DNA of 64,000 nt, taken from an uncultured Clostridia bacterium. Its GTDB lineage: Bacteria; Bacillota; Clostridia; Christensenellales; CAG-138. Location: the NCBI GenBank assembly GCA_947166925.1, contig CAMVGD010000004.1, positions 3,793-67,792 of the forward strand. The letters run 5' to 3'. Both the position numbers and the translations under genes were made by a program. The notes under the pieces were generated by a model that worked only from the letters and a program-made list of their open reading frames with translations, was not told the DNA's origin and made no database searches. Shown in pieces: positions 19,376-27,946 of the stretch. Position 1 is the first letter of the stretch. Each line of letters begins with the position of its first letter.

Positions 19376-19843
19376 ATGCCGGTACGGTTTGCGGAAGAAC
19401 ATGAGCTCGGTCGCGTAAACGAGCTTCGGAAACAGGTGAACGATCTGCATGTGGCGGGGAAGCCGGAGATCTTCAAACCGGGTTTTCCAAAGGAGCTTGC
19501 CGATCATATCTATACCATTTGGAACGATCCGGATCAAAGGATCGTCGTAAACGAGCGCAACGGCGCGATCTGCGGGTTTGCCGTGCTGCATCATATCCGA
19601 AGACCGGAAACGCCGTTCATGTTTGAACGGGATTATCTTGACGTCGACGAGTTCTGCGTGGATGAAGCGTGCAGAAGAACGGGCGTTGCGACGGAACTGA
19701 TCGGGTTTATACGGACGTACGCAAAGGCGGAAGGCTTCGATCGGGTCGAGCTGAACATGTGGGAGTTCAACCGGGATGCTCTCGCATTTTATGAAGCGGT
19801 CGGGTTTACGACCTATCGCAGATACATGGAAATGAAACTGTAA
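19376..19843 (+). CDS. GNAT family N-acetyltransferase
   Basis: Start MPVRFAEEHE after GGAAGGGAG, giving 155 aa. The acetyl-CoA binding region is VDEACRRTGVATELI, and the C-terminal AFYEAVGF is typical of GNATs. The longer track ORF would overlap the tRNAs. Confidence 0.75.
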   Translation: MPVRFAEEHELGRVNELRKQVNDLHVAGKPEIFKPGFPKELADHIYTIWNDPDQRIVVNERNGAICGFAVLHHIRRPETPFMFERDYLDVDEFCVDEACRRTGVATELIGFIRTYAKAEGFDRVELNMWEFNRDALAFYEAVGFTTYRRYMEMKL

Positions 19844-19882
19844 ACAGAAGCGGCGGTTCCGATCGGAAACCGCCGCCGTTGA

Positions 19883-20926
19883 TTATTGAGCCGTATCGTC
19901 TTCGTGATAGTCGATCAGATAAATGATATCCGCCATTTCACGGCCGTCGTTGCACGGCTTGCTGTAAATCTTTCCGTTCCAGTACAGGGAAGCCGATTCA
20001 CCGCCGTCCAGATTGAACGCGACCTTGCATCCGAGCATCTCCATGAGCTTTGACAGCTCCTTCAGCTCCAGACCGGAGGAATGCCGCTGCCGTCCGTCGA
20101 CCGTGACGAAGCAGTAATGCCCGGGTTCGTAATACCCGATCGCGCAGCGCGGGTTCAGGGGCTTGACCTTGGAAGTCGGGAACTTTTCAAGCGCATGACC
20201 GTCGGCGTCCAGCAGCGAGGGACCGAACTCCCATGCCTGCCAGACTTCCTTGCCCGGTCCGTTTTTCTTGTACTGATCGACGGTCATCGTCTCCATGGTC
20301 CCGTCGAGGTACAGGAAGCAGACTTCCCAATTATCATAGGTGCCGGTATCAAAGACCTCGCCGTTCCGGATCACGAGCTGATGCTTGTGCGCATTGAACA
20401 TATCGCCGGAGATCGCGGCGAGCGCGTTTGAACGCTCGGCGATCCTTGCTACGGTATCCCGGTGGTCGGACTTGAAAGTCTTTGCTGCCGCCGTACGAAG
20501 ACAGCGGATATCGCGCAGATAGATGTCGACGACGTAATAGGTCAGCTTGTGACCGAACAGCTCGTTGTCGACGACGGTGGAAACGGTGCAATGCAGGCTT
20601 TCGCCGACGTATTCCGTATCGGTGAAGGCTTGCTCCTCACGCGGGACGAAACCGCCGATACTCCAACCGATCAGACCGTCAGGCTCCGGCGTGGGGGTCG
20701 GGGTAGGGGAAGGCGTCGGCTCCGGCGTCGGCGTAGGTTCCGGGTTCGGCGTGGGCGGCTCGGGCGTGTCGGTGGGGACCGGCGTGATAAGGACCAGTTC
20801 GTCCTCCGCGATGATCTCAGGCGTTGTGAGGAGATCGGATCCCGGCGCCGTTTCCGCGGGCGGCTGTACGCATGCGCAAAAAAGCATCGCCAGGAGGAGA
20901 ATACATCCCGTCAGGATTCGTTTCAT
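19883..20926 (-). CDS. Phosphodiester glycosidase family lipoprotein (NAGPA/DUF2233-like)
   Basis: 347 aa. Lipobox LLAMLFCAC, a Pro/Thr-rich linker, then AISGDMFN, CAIGYYEPGHYCFVTVDGRQ and AFNLDGGESASLYW. Confidence 0.7.
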   Translation of the reverse strand: MKRILTGCILLLAMLFCACVQPPAETAPGSDLLTTPEIIAEDELVLITPVPTDTPEPPTPNPEPTPTPEPTPSPTPTPTPEPDGLIGWSIGGFVPREEQAFTDTEYVGESLHCTVSTVVDNELFGHKLTYYVVDIYLRDIRCLRTAAAKTFKSDHRDTVARIAERSNALAAISGDMFNAHKHQLVIRNGEVFDTGTYDNWEVCFLYLDGTMETMTVDQYKKNGPGKEVWQAWEFGPSLLDADGHALEKFPTSKVKPLNPRCAIGYYEPGHYCFVTVDGRQRHSSGLELKELSKLMEMLGCKVAFNLDGGESASLYWNGKIYSKPCNDGREMADIIYLIDYHEDDTAQ

Positions 20927-21990
20927 TCGGAGAGCCCCGCCTTTCCGCAGTAGAACCGTGATTCGGAATACGGTTCGTACGCAACATAGATGATATCGGC
21001 CATGACGCGGCCGCCGCCGCTCGGCTGATTGAAAATACTGTCCTTCCAGAAGAACTGAGCGGAGTTTCCGCCATCCAGATTATATGCCTGTTTGCAGCCT
21101 AAAGACTCCATCAGCAGAGCAAGCTCGCGAAGGAACAGACCGTATGAATAATCCTTCTGCCGCCCGTCCACAACGACGAAGCAGTAATGACCGGGTTCGA
21201 AATAGCCGATCGCGCAGCGCGGATTTCTGCCGCCGACGTTGTTTTCCGAAAAGGAACGATACGCTTTGCCGTCGCTGTCGAGCAACGCCGGACCGAATTC
21301 CCATGCCTGCCAGGGATCCTTGTTCAGGATCTTCTTGATGCTTGCCTGAGAATTGAGGATCGTTTCCATTTCGCCGTTCCGAAGCAGCAGACAGACGTCG
21401 CCCTTTCCGATCGCCTTCGAGTAGACTTCACCGTTCCGGATGATCAGCGTCGCGCCGCGCGCACTGCAGTAATCGCCCGAGATCGCGACCAGCGCGTTTT
21501 CGCGGCGCGCCATTTTCAGAACGCTTCCGCTGCGGGCGTTGGCAAAATTATCGGAGGCGCAGGCCGTTCTGAGCTGGGTCACGTCGGATACGTGGATATC
21601 CGCGACATAGTACACCATCTGTCTGTCGAACATCTCCGAATCCGCCGTTGTCGTGACGGTCACGGACATGGTCGGGCTCCGGTAGGTGTCGTTGACAAAC
21701 AGAATGCCGTCGGACCAGTAGGGCTGCCCGACTTCAGACGTTTCATCGTCTGTTTCATCGGTTTCTGCCAGAACCGGCGCAATGGTCGGCGCAGGAGACG
21801 GCGTTTCGGGAACAGCAGTACGCAGAATGCCCGCGTTGTCCATAGGCGGGGTGACGGGAAGAACGTCCGCGACCGGTCTGCTGACCCGCTTTTTCAGAGT
21901 CAGCGCATATACGGTCACGAACGACAAAGCAAATAAAACAAGGATCAGCAGGATCGCAGGTATAAATGTTTTCAGAGATACTTTTTTCAT
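20923..21990 (-). CDS. Phosphodiester glycosidase family membrane-anchored protein (paralog of the downstream gene)
   Basis: 355 aa with an N-terminal TM anchor, then AISGDYCS, CAIGYFEPGHYCFVVVDGRQ and AYNLDGGNSAQFFW. ATGA-type overlap with 19883-20926. Confidence 0.7.
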   Translation of the reverse strand: MKKVSLKTFIPAILLILVLFALSFVTVYALTLKKRVSRPVADVLPVTPPMDNAGILRTAVPETPSPAPTIAPVLAETDETDDETSEVGQPYWSDGILFVNDTYRSPTMSVTVTTTADSEMFDRQMVYYVADIHVSDVTQLRTACASDNFANARSGSVLKMARRENALVAISGDYCSARGATLIIRNGEVYSKAIGKGDVCLLLRNGEMETILNSQASIKKILNKDPWQAWEFGPALLDSDGKAYRSFSENNVGGRNPRCAIGYFEPGHYCFVVVDGRQKDYSYGLFLRELALLMESLGCKQAYNLDGGNSAQFFWKDSIFNQPSGGGRVMADIIYVAYEPYSESRFYCGKAGLSE

Positions 21991-22628
21991 AGAGAAAGGA
22001 TATGCAGATCAAGCGCCGCAGATACCGTATCACAGCGCAGAAAATCGGGCAGAATACCGATCGCTTCCAACAGGACCTTGACGCCGATCAGGATCAGAAC
22101 GACGCCGCCGAAAATCGTGGCTGCGCGATGATACTTCAGCCCGAAACGGTTCCCGATCCAGACGCCGATCAGCGACAGTACAAAGGTCGTCAAGCCGATC
22201 ACGGCGATCGCGAGAAAGATGCTCGTACCGCTGCCGGACCAGACGACGCCCTCCTGCATCGAAAACGATACGCCGACGGCAAACGCGTCGATGCTGGTTG
22301 CGATCGCAAGGATAAACAGACGCCCGATCGTTCCGACGTCCGACGGCTTGTCGTCTTTATCCCGAATGCCTTCGATCAGCATTTTGACGCCGAGGATGAG
22401 AAGAAGCGCGGCGGCGATCCAGGGTCCGATCGTGACTGCGGATGCAAAGGTCGAGCCGAGCGCAAACCCGAGAAGCGGCATCAAAGCCTGGAAACAGCCG
22501 AAAAAGAGCGCGATCAGTGCAGCGCGGCGAAGATCCAGCTTTTGCATGGAAACGCCCTGACACATGGAAACGGCAAAGGCGTCCATCGACAGCCCGACGC
22601 CGATCATCAGAATATCCGTAAAGCTCAT
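21987..22628 (-). CDS. mntP: Manganese efflux pump MntP
   Basis: Start MSFTDILMIGVGLSMDAFAVS after GGGAGG, giving 213 aa. Duplicated DAFAV motifs (SMDAFAVS and SIDAFAVG). Confidence 0.85.
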   Translation of the reverse strand: MSFTDILMIGVGLSMDAFAVSMCQGVSMQKLDLRRAALIALFFGCFQALMPLLGFALGSTFASAVTIGPWIAAALLLILGVKMLIEGIRDKDDKPSDVGTIGRLFILAIATSIDAFAVGVSFSMQEGVVWSGSGTSIFLAIAVIGLTTFVLSLIGVWIGNRFGLKYHRAATIFGGVVLILIGVKVLLEAIGILPDFLRCDTVSAALDLHILSL

Positions 22629-22786
22629 ATACGCCTCCCAAATGATCCTACACAGTATAACAAAGGCTGCATGAAATCGCAATCTTTCCGAAAGAATTTC
22701 ATTCTAACTTTACATTTATAACACATCATTCCCGCTTTACACAAAAACAGGATTGCGGTATACTGTGAAAAAGAAAGGATTCGGAT

Positions 22787-23554
22787 ATGAAACGGATATT
22801 GGGCAGTATTCGCAGAGCGGATGAAAAATACGGAATGATCGAGAACGGGGACAAGATCTGCGTCGGGGTATCCGGCGGAAAGGATTCCCTGCTGCTGATG
22901 CAGGCAATGAAGCTGTATCAGCGCTTTTCCTATACAAAATTCGACGTGATCGCGATCATGCTCGACCTTGGATTGAAATACCAGAACACTGCGCCGATCC
23001 GCGCTTATGCGGAAAAGATCGGCATTCCGTTTGAAGTCATTCCGACGGAGATCGGAAAGGTCGTTTTTGAGTATCGCGCCGAACGCTCGCCCTGTGCGCT
23101 GTGCGCAAAGCTGCGGCGAGGCGCGCTGAACACGGCGGCGAAGCAGCGCGGCTGCAATAAGGTTGCGCTCGGACACAACCGCGAGGACGTTCTGGAAACG
23201 TTTTTGATGTCGTTGCTTTATGAGGGGCGCATGAACACCTTTGCGCCGATCACGTATCTTTCCAGACGCGACATCACCGTGATCCGCCCGATGATTTATG
23301 TGCCGGAAAAATACTGTCTGTCGGTTGCGAAGCAGCTGGAACTGCCGGTGCTTCCGCCGAATTGCGAGATCGCAGGCAAAACGAAACGGGAAGAAGCAAA
23401 GGAGTTGATCAAATATCTCTGCACGCTCGTACCGGACGCCGACGTCAAGATGATGCATGCGATCACCAATACGGATAAATACGGGCTTTGGGACCGTATG
23501 CGGCTGAAGCCGCCGGCGGGAGAATGCGCCTTTGAGGATGGGGAGGAGCCGTAA
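22787..23554 (+). CDS. ttcA: PP-loop ATPase, TtcA-like tRNA thiolation enzyme
   Basis: 255 aa. PP-loop VGVSGGKDS and Cys motif SPCALCAKLRRG. The NREDVLETFLM region is typical of the TtcA family. Confidence 0.65.
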   Translation: MKRILGSIRRADEKYGMIENGDKICVGVSGGKDSLLLMQAMKLYQRFSYTKFDVIAIMLDLGLKYQNTAPIRAYAEKIGIPFEVIPTEIGKVVFEYRAERSPCALCAKLRRGALNTAAKQRGCNKVALGHNREDVLETFLMSLLYEGRMNTFAPITYLSRRDITVIRPMIYVPEKYCLSVAKQLELPVLPPNCEIAGKTKREEAKELIKYLCTLVPDADVKMMHAITNTDKYGLWDRMRLKPPAGECAFEDGEEP

Positions 23555-23557
23555 GCT

Positions 23558-24088
23558 TCAGGATCCGGAAAACAGCTCCGGCAGCAGCGCGGGAAGCCGA
23601 TGGATCAGCGTCTCCCGCAGCTCGTTCCGGTTCTCCGGGTCGATCCGGTATATGTCGGCGCGCGGGTGCGAACGCACCGCGTCCAGAAACGGCGTTTGCT
23701 TATCGCGTACTGCGGCGATCACGACCGGCGCGTCGTCAAGCAAACGGAGGATCGCCCCGGTAAACGCATGCGCGCTGCTTTCGAGAAAACCAAGCTCATC
23801 CAGCACGATCACGCCGTCGGACGGGAAGCGCAAGGTGTGCGCAAACCGGTCAAACGCTTCCGGAAAAGCGCGGCTGGATCCTTCCCGGCACAGACCGATG
23901 CGGTTTTCTTCATCATATCGTCTCTGCGCTCCGTATGTATGGATATAAACCGGACAGGATCCGTCCGGGTAAGGCGCTTCTTTCTTTGTGATGACGCCGT
24001 ATACCGGTGCCGGGATCCTGTCGGTCAATGCACGGATCAACGTGGATTTACCGACGCCGTTGCGTCCGACGATCAGGATATGCCGCAT
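23558..24088 (-). CDS. P-loop NTPase (THEP1/NTPase-like)
   Basis: 176 aa. Walker A is VGRNGVGKST and Walker B-like is VIVLDELG. Confidence 0.55.
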   Translation of the reverse strand: MRHILIVGRNGVGKSTLIRALTDRIPAPVYGVITKKEAPYPDGSCPVYIHTYGAQRRYDEENRIGLCREGSSRAFPEAFDRFAHTLRFPSDGVIVLDELGFLESSAHAFTGAILRLLDDAPVVIAAVRDKQTPFLDAVRSHPRADIYRIDPENRNELRETLIHRLPALLPELFSGS

Positions 24089-24137
24089 GATAACCTCCGT
24101 TCTGAAATGACGAAAGCTGCCGGTCAGGCAGCTAGTT

Positions 24138-24767
24138 TTACGGATCCCGGATCAGATCGACCGTTACGTATTGCGGGACGGCTTCGGGGTCCGACTGGAT
24201 CCGCACCGTAAAATGTCCCAGATGCTTCGAATACGGTTCGCCGGAATCCGCGACCTTTACGCACTGCTTCACGATCGTGTCGCTGTCGGAAACGGTGCGG
24301 TGAAACACCGGCATGAGCAGATCGAACAGATCCCGAAGCGCATCGGCGGTCTTTTTGTTTTCGGCCTTCAGTTTCACGCTGACCGGTGAATTGTCCTGCG
24401 GATCCGCACAGAGCGGCACTTCAACGGTCAGCTGACATATGCCGCTGTCGTCGGACCGCATGGACAGCCGGATCGATGCGCCGTTTTCGGACGTCAGGTC
24501 ATAATGATCCTGCTGATAGGACAGCGAAAAGGCGGAACCCTCGATCGCGTCAAGAACGTTCTTCCCGCGGATCGACAAGTCGTCGGTCGGAACGGGAGTA
24601 GGAGAGGCGTCCGGTTCGGGAGAAACGGAGATGTCCTTTTTTCCGCCGTACAAAAGCGCCAATCCCAAAAACAGCAGGATCACAAGCGCGATACTACCGT
24701 ATTCGAGAATTTTGATCCGTTCGATCCGCGGGAAGCCGCGTTTCTTTTTCTTTTTGTCAGTCGACAT
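24138..24767 (-). CDS. Hypothetical membrane-anchored protein
   Basis: Start MSTDKKKKKRGFPRIERIKILEYGSIALVILLFLGLALL (Lys-rich, then a TM segment), with a soluble domain of about 150 aa. 11-nt overlap with the upstream acyltransferase gene. Confidence 0.5.
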   Translation of the reverse strand: MSTDKKKKKRGFPRIERIKILEYGSIALVILLFLGLALLYGGKKDISVSPEPDASPTPVPTDDLSIRGKNVLDAIEGSAFSLSYQQDHYDLTSENGASIRLSMRSDDSGICQLTVEVPLCADPQDNSPVSVKLKAENKKTADALRDLFDLLMPVFHRTVSDSDTIVKQCVKVADSGEPYSKHLGHFTVRIQSDPEAVPQYVTVDLIRDP

Positions 24768-25710
24768 CGTGTATGACCGTTTCCGGCTTTTCGTCCAGAA
24801 CGTGCGGATTGCGGAAATACGTCTTGAACAGCTTGAAAGAGGAAGCAAGATAGAAGCCGTCGCAGATCCGCTCGTCGCAGACGATATTGTAATCGATGTA
24901 TTTGCGCTGTACCGGCGTTCCGTCGGGCTTCAGCTCGGTCCGCTTATACTTTGCGCCGAACGAAAGGAAGACGGGGATATTGCCGAAATCGTACAGATGA
25001 TGGAATACCGGCGGAATGCCCAAAGATCCCATCGAGGTAATGAACATCGAACCGTGGAACGGGCTGATTTCGACAAGCGCTTTCGGCATCAGACCGAAAT
25101 AGTCGAGGACCTTCAAAAGCCAGACGGCGTTCTTGAGCAGCAGTCCGGGGATATAGTTGAAGATCTTCGCCGTATTGTCGAAATTGCTGTCCGGGTTATC
25201 TTCACGGTTTTCTTCGATCAGCTTCTGCAGCTTTGCGTATACGTCGTCGGCCGTATCGGTCGGAGAAAAATGCACCTTAACGATGGTTTCCTCCGCTTCG
25301 AGCGTCATGTCGCGCTTGATGGTAAGCGCGACGATGATGTCATCGTCGTGCGAAAAGATGCGCTGACCGGAAATGAAACGGTTGGCTGCCGGACGCTGCG
25401 AAATAACGCGCACATACGCCGCAAGAAGCAGGTGCATCATGCCGAAGCCTTTGAGCCCCTGATTTCTCTTTTTCCGGATATAGTTTTCGGCTTCGGTGAT
25501 CTCGATCGACTCGTGGAAATAAACGCTTGCTCCGGAGCGGTTGGGCATGATGTAAGGAGAAACCTTCGACATCGGCTGGAGCGAACGCAGACGGTATCCG
25601 TCGGAACGGTCGCCGAAACGGCGCTTTCTTTTCCGGGCTTTTAAAGGAGCCGGTTTCGTCTCCGGCGAATTCTGCTGCAATTTCGTGTTGTTGTCTTCCA
25701 TATCTGGCAC
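24757..25710 (-). CDS. 2-oxoacid dehydrogenase acyltransferase catalytic-domain family protein (CAT-like)
   Basis: 317 aa. C-terminal YNIVCDERICDGFY resembles the DHRxxDG active site of E2/CAT-type acyltransferases. Confidence 0.55.
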   Translation of the reverse strand: MPDMEDNNTKLQQNSPETKPAPLKARKRKRRFGDRSDGYRLRSLQPMSKVSPYIMPNRSGASVYFHESIEITEAENYIRKKRNQGLKGFGMMHLLLAAYVRVISQRPAANRFISGQRIFSHDDDIIVALTIKRDMTLEAEETIVKVHFSPTDTADDVYAKLQKLIEENREDNPDSNFDNTAKIFNYIPGLLLKNAVWLLKVLDYFGLMPKALVEISPFHGSMFITSMGSLGIPPVFHHLYDFGNIPVFLSFGAKYKRTELKPDGTPVQRKYIDYNIVCDERICDGFYLASSFKLFKTYFRNPHVLDEKPETVIHDVD

Positions 25711-25766
25711 CCCCGATCTTTGTTATTCTACCAAAACCAATGACGCTTGGCAAGGGAAAAATGCGG

Positions 25767-25795
25767 TTGCAAAACACCTTTTGCATCGGTATAAT
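25767..25795 (+). promoter_or_regulatory. Sigma-A type promoter immediately abutting the U32 peptidase start codon
   Basis: TTGCAA (25767-25772), 17-nt spacer, TATAAT (25790-25795). The ATG is at 25802. Confidence 0.55.
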
Positions 25796-25801
25796 AAAAC
25801 C

Positions 25802-27850
25802 ATGATGAAATGCAGAAATACCGGGAATCCGGAAATACTGGCGCCGGTCGGAACGGAGGGATCGCTCGAGGCTGCGGTATATGCAGGCGCGGATGCGGTC
25901 TATTTCGGCGCGGGCGCGTGCAATGCGCGCCGGAATGCGGGACAGTTTACGGGCGAAAAGCTGACGGAGGCAGTCCGTTTTTGTCACGCGCACGGCGTAA
26001 GCGTGCATGTGACCGTCAATACGCTCGTGCGGGACGAGGAACGGAAGGACGTCGCCGATACGCTGACGGAGATCGCAGCGTCCGGCGCGGACGCGATTAT
26101 CGTGCAGGACCTGACGGTCATGCGCCTTGCAAAGCAGATCTGCCCGGAGCTTCAGCTGCACGGATCCACGCAGATGGCGGTTCATAATGTCGCCGGTGTA
26201 AAAATGCTGGAGGATCTCGGTTTCTCCCGCGTTGTTCTGGCGCGCGAGCTTTCGATCGACGAGATCCGCACGATCCGCGAGCAGACGCATGCCGAACTGG
26301 AATGCTTTATTCACGGCGCGCTTTGTATGAGCGCGTCCGGCATCTGCTATCTGTCCGCCATGCTCGGCGAGCGCAGCGGCAACCGCGGCATGTGCGCGCA
26401 GCCCTGCCGTCTTCCGTTTGTATGCAACGGCGCGGAGTACGCGCTTTCACTGAAGGACATGTCGCATATCGCGCATTACGGCGCATATCGCGAGATCGGC
26501 ATAACGTCTCTGAAAATCGAGGGAAGACTGAAATCGCCGGAGTATGTTGCCGCGGCCGTTGACGCCGTACGGCGCGTGCGCGACGGAGAACCGTATTCCG
26601 AACAGATCCTGCGCGACGTGTTCTCGCGCGGCGGATTCACCGAAGGATACTATTCGGGCAAAAGGAATCATACCATGTTCGGCGTACGCACGCAGGACGA
26701 CGCAAAACGCGCGCAGTCGGTCCTTTCCGGGATCCGGGAGATGTATCGCGGACCGCGAAGCAACGTTCCCGTTTCGATGCATATCCGGATCGCGGCGGGT
26801 GTTCCCTCCGAATTGACAGCAGACGACGGAACGCATCTTGTTTACGCGTGCGGAGACGTGCCGGAACCGGCGCTGCACACGGCGCTGACCGATGCGTCGG
26901 TACAAAAGAGCCTGAGGAAGACTGGCGGTACGCCGTTTTCTGTAGATACGGTACAGTGCGAGATCGGCGAGGGACTGATGCTGCCGGCGGCCGCGTTGAA
27001 CGCATTAAGAAGGAAAACGCTCGACCTGCTGTATGAGGCGCGCGCCAATGCGCCGGACCGTGCGATCTTCACGCCGGATCTTACGATTTCCGGTGAACCG
27101 AGAAACACGGCGGCGAAGCTGTGCGTCCGGTTTGCTTCGTATGAGCAATTCACAGACGATCCTTCGATCGCGTTTTACAGCCTGCCGGTCGACGCGCTCA
27201 GCGCGCATCCGGAATGTATTACGGAGCGCGCGGCCGGAGAGATCCCGATCCTTGTTTACCCCGACGAGGAACCCAGTATGGCGGAGACGCTGCGTGATCT
27301 TCGGGCGCGAGGTCTGCGGTACGCGCTTGCGGAAAACATCGGCGCGATCCGGACGGCAAAGGCGGCGGGGCTGATCCCGATCGGCGGCTGCGGTCTCAAT
27401 GTGACAAACAGCGACGCGATCGAGGCGTATCGGGAGATGGGTTTAGCCGCACTGTTCGTTTCGTTTGAATTGTCTGCGCCGAAGATCCGCGACCTAAAAA
27501 GCGCGGTTCCGCTCGGCATGATCGTTGCAGGAAGACTGCCGCTTATGCAGCTGCGTTCCTGCCCTGCGCGAAGCGACAAGGGCTGTGGGGGATGCAGCGG
27601 ACGTCCGGTCGTGACCGATCGGAAGAATGCGGTTTTCCCGCTTGTATGCAGGGAGCGGCGCTATTCCACCCTGCTGAACAGCGTTCCGCTGTATCTGTGC
27701 GATAAACCGCTGCCGCCTCTGGATTATTACGCAGTATATCTGACGATCGAATCAAGGGACGAAGCCGCCGGGTATATTCATTCCGCGCTTGCGGGCGATC
27801 CGCCCGATATGCCGCACACCACGGGACTTGCGTTCCGGAAACTTCTGTAA
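25802..27850 (+). CDS. Peptidase U32 family protein (collagenase-like / RNA hydroxylation family)
   Basis: Start MMKCRNTGNPEILAPVGTEGSLEAAVYAGADAVYFG. Contains ELECFIHGALCMSASGICYLS and a C-terminal U32 extension. Confidence 0.85.
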   Translation: MMKCRNTGNPEILAPVGTEGSLEAAVYAGADAVYFGAGACNARRNAGQFTGEKLTEAVRFCHAHGVSVHVTVNTLVRDEERKDVADTLTEIAASGADAIIVQDLTVMRLAKQICPELQLHGSTQMAVHNVAGVKMLEDLGFSRVVLARELSIDEIRTIREQTHAELECFIHGALCMSASGICYLSAMLGERSGNRGMCAQPCRLPFVCNGAEYALSLKDMSHIAHYGAYREIGITSLKIEGRLKSPEYVAAAVDAVRRVRDGEPYSEQILRDVFSRGGFTEGYYSGKRNHTMFGVRTQDDAKRAQSVLSGIREMYRGPRSNVPVSMHIRIAAGVPSELTADDGTHLVYACGDVPEPALHTALTDASVQKSLRKTGGTPFSVDTVQCEIGEGLMLPAAALNALRRKTLDLLYEARANAPDRAIFTPDLTISGEPRNTAAKLCVRFASYEQFTDDPSIAFYSLPVDALSAHPECITERAAGEIPILVYPDEEPSMAETLRDLRARGLRYALAENIGAIRTAKAAGLIPIGGCGLNVTNSDAIEAYREMGLAALFVSFELSAPKIRDLKSAVPLGMIVAGRLPLMQLRSCPARSDKGCGGCSGRPVVTDRKNAVFPLVCRERRYSTLLNSVPLYLCDKPLPPLDYYAVYLTIESRDEAAGYIHSALAGDPPDMPHTTGLAFRKLL

Positions 27851-27897
27851 CAATCTGACTGCATACGCCGTTCGACGGATCTCGCCGGACGGCGTTT

Positions 27898-27927
27898 TCA
27901 TATCCGCGTTCATCCATGCATACAGAT
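27898..27927 (+). promoter_or_regulatory. Sigma-E-type promoter upstream of spoIIIAA
   Basis: TCATATC (27898-27904), 14-nt spacer, CATACAGA (27919-27926), against the consensus TCATATT-N14-CATACA-T. Lies 20 nt before the spoIIIAA ATG. Confidence 0.55.
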
Positions 27928-27946
27928 AGTACCGGGAGGGACGAGC

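Noticed and set aside
19849-19877. GC-rich hairpin (GCGGCGGTTCC...GGAAACCGCCGC) between the convergent GNAT and glycosidase genes, considered as an intrinsic terminator.
   Set aside because: The stem is good, but neither strand has a proper U-tract after it. It may still act as a weak or bidirectional terminator, so it was not listed as a feature.
20690-20770. Pro/Thr-rich low-complexity tracts (PTPNPEPTPTPEPTPSPTPTPTPEP, and similar at 50800-51130) considered as repeat elements.
   Set aside because: These are ordinary extracellular linker regions within coding genes. They are imperfect at the nucleotide level and are not independent repeat features.
22629-22786. Possible yybP-ykoY Mn2+ riboswitch upstream of mntP.
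   Set aside because: The predicted leader is only about 15-20 nt (TTGCGA-17-TATACT promoter at complement 22645-22673) and none of the conserved yybP-ykoY motifs are visible. A covariance-model scan would be the definitive test.
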